Both the position numbers and the translations under genes were made by a program. Below the pieces are notes generated by a model. It did no database searches and was not told the DNA's origin. It saw only the letters and a list, made by a program, of their open reading frames with translations. DNA of 34,786 nucleotides from a virus. The DNA is taken from positions 1 to 34,786 of the IMG/VR virus record IMGVR_UViG_3300045988_092324; one strand, given 5' to 3'. Below are positions 1 through 6,415 of this stretch, one piece after another. The stretch's first letter is position 1; each line of letters starts with the position of its first letter.

Positions 1-77
1 TGAACGAGTGAATAGTTCCATCCCTCGGCAGTCCCGCTGCGGTCGAGCGACGGGTCGCGGCCTTGGGATACAGAATC
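1..77. repeat. Left copy of perfect 77-bp terminal inverted repeat (partner 34710-34786)
   Basis: tgaacgagtgaatagttccatccctcggcag...ccttgggatacagaatc is the exact reverse complement of the last 77 nt; identity stops at position 78 (a vs c). Confidence 0.98.
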
Positions 78-942
78 ACCATTCCATGGCCGTGCTGTAC
101 GTATCGCTCGCCCTTGCCACGACCGTTCGAAATGACTGCAGGTAGTGGCTCATGGCAGTGTTGACCGTGCTGTGTCCCAACGCCACGGCAATGTCCTCGA
201 TGGCGGCTCCGTGCTCAAGCGAGATGGTCGCCCACGAGTGGCGCAGGCATGTCATGGGCACATGCGGCAAGTCAAAGCGGCGGCAGAAAGCGCGGAATCG
301 GCGAGCGACGGTATTCGGGTCGAGCAGACACAAACGCCCAGACCTACGCGCCCCACGTATCGCACGCAGACGTTCCAACGCAAATCGCGGCAGCTTGAGC
401 CGCCTGTCGCTGAGCTTCGTCTTGCACCCCGTCTCGACCATCTTGCCGCCGACAACGTGGAGTCCGCGCTGCACATGCACCCAGCCGCTGCGCCAGTCCA
501 CATCCTCGATTCTCACCGCACACGCCTCGCAGCGCCGCAGGCCGAGCGCGGCACCCAAGAGCACAGCGGCCTCGAATGGTTGTCCGACTATCGCCTTAAG
601 CGTCACGCGCTCTTGCTCAGCCGTGAGCGTCGGTCGGCGCACCGTGGGCTTTTTCGGCAGCTCAACCCCTTGCGTTACGTCCCAGATTCTGAGCTGATGG
701 CGGCGCAATACCCATCGGTAAATCTGGCGGAAGGTCTTGTAGGCCTTTTCCGCCGCGCCGGGAAGGTCGATTCCGTCCACCCAATCTTGTACCTGCTCGA
801 ATGTGATCGTCTCTACCTCACGCTCACCCCACTGCGGCATCAGGTGGCAGCGGATGGCGCTGCGGTAGCCCTCCAGAGTGGTTGCGCGGAGGCGCTTGCC
901 CTTGTCGGCCATGTACTCGGTTACGGCTTCTGAAAACAGCAT
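76..942 (-). CDS. Tyrosine recombinase 1 (candidate site-specific invertase of the fibre locus)
   Basis: 288 aa; N-terminal SAM-like core-binding region, catalytic region GLRRCEA, CLRHSWAT, ALGHSTVNTAMSHYLQ. The stop codon TGA (78-76) overlaps the inner edge of the 77-bp inverted repeat. Confidence 0.92.
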   Translation of the reverse strand: MLFSEAVTEYMADKGKRLRATTLEGYRSAIRCHLMPQWGEREVETITFEQVQDWVDGIDLPGAAEKAYKTFRQIYRWVLRRHQLRIWDVTQGVELPKKPTVRRPTLTAEQERVTLKAIVGQPFEAAVLLGAALGLRRCEACAVRIEDVDWRSGWVHVQRGLHVVGGKMVETGCKTKLSDRRLKLPRFALERLRAIRGARRSGRLCLLDPNTVARRFRAFCRRFDLPHVPMTCLRHSWATISLEHGAAIEDIAVALGHSTVNTAMSHYLQSFRTVVARASDTYSTAMEW

Positions 943-965
943 TTTTGGCAGCCCAATCTCTAAAA

Positions 966-1012
966 AATCCCAGACCTAACGAATGGTAGCCCGCCGCGTT
1001 ACGTCTGGGATT
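966..1012 (-). terminator. Stem-loop with T-tract on minus strand, in the 5' region of recombinase 1
   Basis: Arms AATCCCAGACCTAACG (966-981) and CGTTACGTCTGGGATT (997-1012), 15/16 pairs, 15-nt spacer; on the minus strand followed by TTTTTTAG, 24 nt before the ATG. Confidence 0.7.
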
Positions 1013-1094
1013 AATTGCTTGCAGCGGGCGGCGGAGCCCAATCTCACGCCGCCCGTAGGATGGCGCGGAAAGCGAGAGGAAAGGAGGGTCGAGC

Positions 1095-1433
1095 GTGGAA
1101 TCACTGGTGGCCATCGCCATAACCGACATCGTCTCGTGCGTCGTGGCGGCGTGCGTCGCGTCGGTCGTGGCCACCGTCAAGGCCCAGGGGCGGAAGGTGT
1201 CCGAGAGGTCCGAGCGGGAGCGCGTGGAGTCCGAGGCCATGAAGGCCGGGATGCGGGCGTTGCTCTGGGCTGAGCTCCAACGTATCCACGAGAGAGCGAC
1301 GGCGCAGGGCGGCCTGACCGTCGAGGAGCGCCGCCACCTGGAAAGCGTCTACGCCGCCTATCACGGGCTAGGTGGCAACGGTACCGGCACGCGCCTGTAC
1401 ACGGACGCGATGAACATGCCCGTACTCGATTAG
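1095..1433 (+). CDS. Small phage protein with N-terminal TM helix (lysis-module associated)
   Basis: MESLVAIAITDIVSCVVAACVASVVATVKAQ...; upstream AAAGGAGG RBS; GTG start. Confidence 0.7.
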   Translation: MESLVAIAITDIVSCVVAACVASVVATVKAQGRKVSERSERERVESEAMKAGMRALLWAELQRIHERATAQGGLTVEERRHLESVYAAYHGLGGNGTGTRLYTDAMNMPVLD

Positions 1434-1445
1434 GAGGAGGAATCA

Positions 1446-1676
1446 ATGACCAGAGACGAGATCGTCAAGAAGCTGACGAGCCGAAAGTTCTGGCTGTGCA
1501 CGGCTGCCTTCTTGGGCTCCGTCGCGACCAGCGTTGCCGGCATCGCCACGGACAACCAGACCGTCGCCGCCATCGGCACGGTGTGCGGGGTCGCGAGCGC
1601 GGCCATCTATGCAGCGGCCGAGCAGGCCGTGGACGCCGCGCGACTCAAGGCGGGAGGCGAGCATGACGGAGACTAA
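1446..1676 (+). CDS. Holin-like small membrane protein
   Basis: 76 aa, hydrophobic segments (FWLCTAAFLGSVATSVAG; VAAIGTVCGVASAAIYAAAEQ), strong RBS taggaggaggaatcaATG, directly precedes amidase. Confidence 0.7.
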   Translation: MTRDEIVKKLTSRKFWLCTAAFLGSVATSVAGIATDNQTVAAIGTVCGVASAAIYAAAEQAVDAARLKAGGEHDGD

Positions 1677-2802
1677 CGCCGGGCCCAAGCGCAAGCTGCC
1701 GATGCGCAGCGTTTTTGCAATCGTCCTCGCGCTCGTCGCGGCCCTCGCCGCCCCGTGCGGAGCCGAGGCGTACCAGAGTGTCGACAAGTACGTTAGCAGC
1801 GGCCACGGCTACCTCAATGCGAGCTACCTCGTCATCCACGAGACAGCGAACCCCGGCGCGAGCGCCTACAACCACACGCTGCTCTGGTCGCGCGACGATA
1901 CCTACGCCGTCCATCACGTGATGGAGCTGGACGGCTCCACCGTGTACAACACCGTGCCCGAGAACCGCCTTTGCTGGCATGTCGGTAACGGCAATTACGC
2001 CACGATCGGCATCGAGCTGGCGCACGCCACCAACGCCTCCGATTTCGCAAAGCAGTGGAATGAAGCCGTGAAGTGGGCTGGCGACGAACTCCGCTCTCGC
2101 GGCTGGGATACGTCCCGCCTTTTGAGCCACTACGAAGCGGCTCAGCGCTGGGGCGGGTCCGATCACACCGACCCGAATGGCTATTTCGCCCAGTACGGCA
2201 AGTCGTGGTGGGAGTTCAAGCAGGCGGTCGCAGCCTATCTCGGCAGCGGTTATGTCGCTCCCATCGCGCCGACTGACGGCAACGGCGGCACGTATGCCCC
2301 GTCGACGTCCGCCGGTCGCACCAAGTTCCCCAAGTCTACCGGCGCGTCCGTCAATATCCACTACGCTTTGCACAATCGTGGCGGCGGATGGAATGATGTC
2401 GTTACCAACTTCGACGACAGCACCAGCGAGGGTTTCGCCGGCGTACCCTATGGATCGCACGACATGCTCATCGCCTGGGTGGATTCTGGCACCCTCATGT
2501 ACCGCGTCCACACCAAGGAGAGCGGCTGGCTCGACTACGTCCAGACCGCCAATTACGGTGACTCCGTCAATGGCATGGCGGGCTTGTGGGGCCAGACTAT
2601 CGACGGCGTGAAGATGTGCTACATCACCCCGTCTGGCGAGTACAAGCAGGTCTACTACCGTAGCCAGGACGTTGCCCACGCTGGCTACTGGGACGAGGTC
2701 TGCGATGATGGATCCACCTACGGCGGCGATGACTACGCAGGCATGTACGGCTATGCGCTCGATCGTCTGCAGTGCTACGTGTCCGACGGTACCCGCCGAT
2801 AA
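1663..2802 (+). CDS. N-acetylmuramoyl-L-alanine amidase (endolysin) with predicted signal peptide
   Basis: Amidase_2-like sequence (LVIHETANP...YNHT...AVHHVM...[10 protein letters not shown]...GIELAHA...[13 protein letters not shown]); start chosen at ATG 1663 overlapping the holin end; N-terminus [31 protein letters not shown]. Confidence 0.88.
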
Positions 2803-2888
2803 TCGCGCTGGCGTTCGTCCTCGGCGCGCTTTTCGGCGGCACCGTGGCAACAATCGGGCTGTGTCTCGTGAGCATCAACCGGCGCTAG
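2772..2888 (+). CDS. Possible 38-aa single-TM peptide overlapping the amidase 3' end
   Basis: GTG start; [38 protein letters not shown]; no convincing RBS. Confidence 0.35.
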
Positions 2889-2910
2889 CGGCCGCGGGCG
2901 ATAGCAACAG

Positions 2911-2946
2911 AAAGGGGCCGTGGCGGTTCGTCGCCACGGCCCCTTT
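2911..2946. terminator. Bidirectional intrinsic terminator between convergent lysis genes and integrase 2
   Basis: Perfect 15-bp stem AAAGGGGCCGTGGCG (2911-2925) / CGCCACGGCCCCTTT (2932-2946), 6-nt loop. Confidence 0.93.
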
Positions 2947-3122
2947 CTCTTATCCCTCGAATATCCCAAGTGGGCGCAAAACCCTAAGTACGGTCAGCTT
3001 ATTGCGGCACTGTCAGCGAGTTTTGCCTGATGGTCAGCATCAATAGCGAGCTGCGGCAAACTGTCTCAGTACTGCCACAACTAACAGTAGGGCTTCTACC
3101 TGCGGGTTTGCGGGGGATTATC

Positions 3123-4250
3123 CTAACTTGTCCCAAGTGCGTCGAAGACGGCGCGGACGACCTGCTCGGCGGTGGGGCGGATGTAGTGCCTGCCCGACAC
3201 GCCGGGGAGGGCGTGGCCCATCAGCATCTCTATGAGGTCCCACGGCAGGCGAAGCTCGACCTCCGCTATCGTACGCCACGAGTTGCGGAGGTTCGACCAC
3301 GGGATGTGCTCAATGCCGCGGGCGGCGCAGAGTTTCCGCCAGCGGTCGTTGCATATGCCCCGGTTCATGGGCAGCCCGTCGCCCCGGTCGCTCAGCCACT
3401 CGCGGCCCTCGGCGGCGCGGGCGGCCGCTATCTCGACGAGGCGGTCGGCGGCCTGTGGCAAGATCACGATGGTGCGGGCGGACTTGGCGGTCTTGAGGGC
3501 GCCCACCGGCTCGGTGCCGGACTGCTGCATTTGGCGGCAGATGTCGGCGGAGGCGAGGACGGTGCCGCTACGCTCCCAGCGCAGTACCTCCTCGGTGCGG
3601 ACGCCCAGCGACTCGCCCGAGCGGCAGGAGCCGAAGCACGCGAGGATGAACGCGGGCTCCAGGGGGTTGCCGCGCAGTGCGTCGAGGACGCCCAGGGCCT
3701 CGTCGAGGGTGTAGACGCGCTTTGAGCGCTCGCGGGTCTTGCGGGTGGGCATGGTGTACCTGACGCTGGCGGCGAACGGGTCGAGCGGCAGGCGGATGAA
3801 GGTCGAGACGCAGGCATAGACCTTGCGCAGGGTGAGCAGGGCGGTGTCGGCGGTGGCGGCGGGCAGCGTCAGCAGCCACCCCTGCAGCTCGACGGCGCGC
3901 AGCTGGTCGACGGGCGCCTGCCCCCAGCGGGGTCCGACGTAGTTCCTCCACGAGCGCAGTACGAGGTCGCGGGTGTTGGGGGCGAGCGTCCCCGCCTCGA
4001 CCTGTGCGGCCATCTTGGGGACGAGCCACGTCTCGTAGGCCTTGGCTATGGTGGGCACGGGGACGTCGTCGGCGTGCTCGACGTGGATGCGGTCGAGTTC
4101 CGCGCACGCCTCGCGGTAGGTGCCGTACACGGTCTTGGTCTTGCGCCTGCGGCCCTGCGGCGTGTTCTGCATCCAGCGCAGGACGTACTTCTTGCCGCGC
4201 CTCATCTCGGTCACGGAGCCCCAGACGCGGCGGCGCTGCTTCTTTGTCAT
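3123..4250 (-). CDS. Phage integrase (tyrosine recombinase 2)
   Basis: 375 aa; N-terminal region with LRWMQNTPQGRRRKTKTVYGTYREA, catalytic region CRSGESLG, WSNLRNSWRT, LMGHALPGVSGRHYIRP. Confidence 0.92.
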   Translation of the reverse strand: MTKKQRRRVWGSVTEMRRGKKYVLRWMQNTPQGRRRKTKTVYGTYREACAELDRIHVEHADDVPVPTIAKAYETWLVPKMAAQVEAGTLAPNTRDLVLRSWRNYVGPRWGQAPVDQLRAVELQGWLLTLPAATADTALLTLRKVYACVSTFIRLPLDPFAASVRYTMPTRKTRERSKRVYTLDEALGVLDALRGNPLEPAFILACFGSCRSGESLGVRTEEVLRWERSGTVLASADICRQMQQSGTEPVGALKTAKSARTIVILPQAADRLVEIAAARAAEGREWLSDRGDGLPMNRGICNDRWRKLCAARGIEHIPWSNLRNSWRTIAEVELRLPWDLIEMLMGHALPGVSGRHYIRPTAEQVVRAVFDALGTS

Positions 4251-4306
4251 ATAATCAGATCCGTTCAGATCGCGGGCTTATTCTCCGTTTCGCCCGGTTC
4301 TGACTC
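4251..4306. repeat. Direct repeat copy A (~56 bp imperfect; first 20 bp perfect)
   Basis: ataatcagatccgttcagatcgcgggcttattctccgtttcgcccggttctgactcc matches copy B at 4941. Confidence 0.9.
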
Positions 4307-4350
4307 CGGCCCCGTCTCACGTTCCAAAGTGCAGGGGCCGTCTCCTTAGT

Positions 4351-4389
4351 CTCGGGGCCGCGGCATCAGCCTACGGCCCCGAGATTTTT
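4351..4389 (+). terminator. Intrinsic terminator on plus strand, between two minus-strand genes
   Basis: CTCGGGGCCG (4351-4360) / CGGCCCCGAG (4374-4383) followed by aTTTTT. Confidence 0.75.
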
Positions 4390-4411
4390 CGCTTTCATGG
4401 GCATCACCTCC

Positions 4412-4813
4412 CTAACCGATGATGAGCGCTGTCGCTATGGCACCGGCGAAAGCGCCGACGATTGCGCCAACTGAAGCCATCAGCAGGTCTCGCACGAGCT
4501 TGCCTCTTTCGTCCTGCTTTTGGCGCTTTGCCCACGCATCCCTTCTCTTCTCGTATTCGGCCTTGTCGGATGCGTAGGACTTCCCCTTGGGCGTTATCTC
4601 CCACTTAGCGTACTGTCGGAAGTAAAAGACCAGATCGCGGACATAGCCAAGTTCCTCGAGCTCGGCGGCGTTCTCTCGGCTGTCGAACCCGCCCTCATCG
4701 ACCATCTTCGCCAAGGTCGTCTCAAGCCGGGTCGGCAACGGGGTGAAGCCGTACGGATCTGCATAGCCCGAGAAGTCGGGCTCGGAACGGAAGGGGTTTT
4801 CGATATGAATCAT
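4412..4813 (-). CDS. Hypothetical soluble-domain protein with C-terminal TM helix
   Basis: 133 aa from ATG 4813 with gagaggagtgtcATG RBS; MIHIENPFRSEPDFSGYADPYGFTPLP...WEITPKGKSY...LLMASVGAIVGAFAGAIATALIIG. Confidence 0.75.
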   Translation of the reverse strand: MIHIENPFRSEPDFSGYADPYGFTPLPTRLETTLAKMVDEGGFDSRENAAELEELGYVRDLVFYFRQYAKWEITPKGKSYASDKAEYEKRRDAWAKRQKQDERGKLVRDLLMASVGAIVGAFAGAIATALIIG

Positions 4814-4903
4814 GACACTCCTCTCTACAGGTATCTGCTCGATTTTCTGGTCGGCTTTCTCATCGGCTTCGTCGTGACCTGCGTGCTGCTCGGGGTCTAC
4901 TAA
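4805..4903 (+). CDS. Possible 32-aa hydrophobic peptide, head-to-head with 4412-4813
   Basis: MNHDTPLYRYLLDFLVGFLIGFVVTCVLLGVY; upstream ggaaggggttttcgatATG. Confidence 0.4.
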   Translation: MNHDTPLYRYLLDFLVGFLIGFVVTCVLLGVY

Positions 4904-4926
4904 AGGCATCGAATTCGACGCCTTTA
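4901..4926. repeat. 26-bp near-perfect palindrome
   Basis: TAAAGGCATCGAATTCGACGCCTTTA; 12 of 13 pairs complementary. Confidence 0.85.
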
Positions 4927-4940
4927 AAGTCGGCGCTCCT

Positions 4941-4996
4941 ATAATCAGATCCGTTCAGATAGCGGGCCCTATTCTTCGTTTCGCTCGGTTCTCTCC
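4941..4996. repeat. Direct repeat copy B
   Basis: ataatcagatccgttcagatagcgggccctattcttcgtttcgctcggttctctcc. Confidence 0.9.
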
Positions 4997-5086
4997 ACAA
5001 CGTGTTCGGTTTACTTTTACTGCCGCTGAGGCATAATAAGGACGAGCCCTTTGCTTAAAGCTCAGGACCTGGCCGCACCTCGGGGC

Positions 5087-5113
5087 CCGAAATCCGGGGT
5101 TTTTTCTTTAGGC
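5087..5113 (+). terminator. Probable plus-strand intrinsic terminator near the 3' end of the minus-strand nuclease gene
   Basis: ACCTCGG - GGCCCGAAAT - CCGGGGT followed by TTTTT; 7-bp stem with one G-T pair. Confidence 0.5.
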
Positions 5114-6397
5114 GAGCGGGTGGAAAATGCCCCTCTCGCGCAACTTCTCGCTCGTCCGGTACTGTTCGGCGTCGGGCACGCTGTGGAACTCGACGGTCTT
5201 GTCGTAGTTCGCCTTGACGACCTCCTCGATCTCATCGAGCGACACGCGGAAGAACTCCCTGCGCTGGTTGACTATGTTCACCTTCCTGTCCTCGAAGGCC
5301 CGGTGCAGCGCTGCCTCGAGCTTCGGGGCGTCATCGCAGAAGATGAGCGCGTGCACGTCGAAATTGAACGGGACGGACGCGTCTCCGAGCTCGCGGATGC
5401 GGTCCATCGGCTCAAGGCGCCTCGTCATCCCGATCTTGTAGACGCCCTCACCGAATGAGCCGATGTTGGAGATTACGTATACGAAGCCCGCCTTCTGGTT
5501 CGCCTCTCGGTAATCGACATCCGACACCGCCCTGTCCACGTCGTCGAGCTTCGCCTTGAGCTCAGCGGCCTTCTCCTCGAGATCGGCGCGCTCGTCGTCG
5601 CCGGCATCCTTCAGGCGTGCCGAGACGTCCTTGTACGCCTTGAGGTACTGGGAGCGCTCCTTCTCGAGCTTCTTGCGCTCGGCCGCTATCTCGCGCTCGA
5701 GTTTCCGGGCCTCGCGCTCCTGCTCGCGGGCCTCGCGCAGCGCCTCCTTCTCCTCCTCTTTCTCCTGTGCGAACTCGAAGGCCAGCTGGACCTCCTCCTG
5801 CTTGAGGAGGACGTATGCGGCGGGGATGGATATGCCGAGGGTCTTGCCGTTGCGGTTGATGGCCGCGGCCGACTTCTCGATTCTCTCGAGCGAGCGCTCG
5901 ACGTTGGTCGCCTTGACCTTGCGCACGATTTCGTCGCACTCGCCGTTGTACGCCATCATGAGCAGCTTCGAGATTTCGCGGACCATCGCCTTGCCCTTCG
6001 AGGCGCTGCCGTTGACCGTCCAGGACGTCTTGTCCGCGGCCTTGCTGAAGCTCTTGACGGCCTCCTTCTGTTTCCTGCGGCATCGGTCGAGGGCGTCCTT
6101 GTAGTGAGTCGAGTCGGCGAAGTCGAAGCGCGGGCGGTACAGGCCGAACTCCTCGACCAGCAGCTCGTCATCGAGGACGCGCGACTTGGACTCCTTTGCC
6201 TTGACGATGGCATCCAGTTTGCCGTTCTGCTTCTCCAGCTTCTCGAGCGAGGCCCTCTCCTCCTCGATTCTCTTCCTGAGGCCCTCGGCCTCGCGCCTGA
6301 GCCTATCCGCGTCCGCCATCTCCGGCGTGAGCATGGACTCGAGCTCCTCTACCCGCTGCTTGTACTCGGTCGCCTTGAACATGTCCCTGAAAGCCAT
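5108..6397 (-). CDS. DUF4041-like + GIY-YIG (T5orf172/MUG113-like) nuclease, SNIPE-like candidate defence protein
   Basis: 429 aa; long coiled coil, central conserved region (SKLLMMAYNGECDEIVRKVKATN...IEKSAAAINRNGKTLGISIPAAYVLLKQEEVQLAFEFAQEKEEEKEALREAREQEREARKLEREI) and C-terminal GFVYVISNIGSFGEGVYKIGMTRRLEPMDRIRELGDASVPFNFDVHALIF...LEAALHRAF...FF. Confidence 0.88.
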   Translation of the reverse strand: MAFRDMFKATEYKQRVEELESMLTPEMADADRLRREAEGLRKRIEEERASLEKLEKQNGKLDAIVKAKESKSRVLDDELLVEEFGLYRPRFDFADSTHYKDALDRCRRKQKEAVKSFSKAADKTSWTVNGSASKGKAMVREISKLLMMAYNGECDEIVRKVKATNVERSLERIEKSAAAINRNGKTLGISIPAAYVLLKQEEVQLAFEFAQEKEEEKEALREAREQEREARKLEREIAAERKKLEKERSQYLKAYKDVSARLKDAGDDERADLEEKAAELKAKLDDVDRAVSDVDYREANQKAGFVYVISNIGSFGEGVYKIGMTRRLEPMDRIRELGDASVPFNFDVHALIFCDDAPKLEAALHRAFEDRKVNIVNQRREFFRVSLDEIEEVVKANYDKTVEFHSVPDAEQYRTSEKLRERGIFHPLA

Positions 6398-6415
6398 CGG
6401 TTCGCCTTTCTGTCT

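Noticed and set aside
145-933. 262-aa plus-strand ORF opposite recombinase 1
   Set aside because: Antisense shadow without recognisable domain or RBS; recombinase motifs are on the minus strand.
4520-4903. 127-aa plus ORF spanning the TM protein gene
   Set aside because: Most is antisense to 4412-4813, which has a good RBS; only the last 32 codons (from ATG 4805) have an independent RBS.
4951-5110. Possible tRNA, tmRNA or SRP RNA after direct repeat B
   Set aside because: Some GC hairpins, but no cloverleaf, CCA end, T-loop or conserved SRP motif could be recognised.
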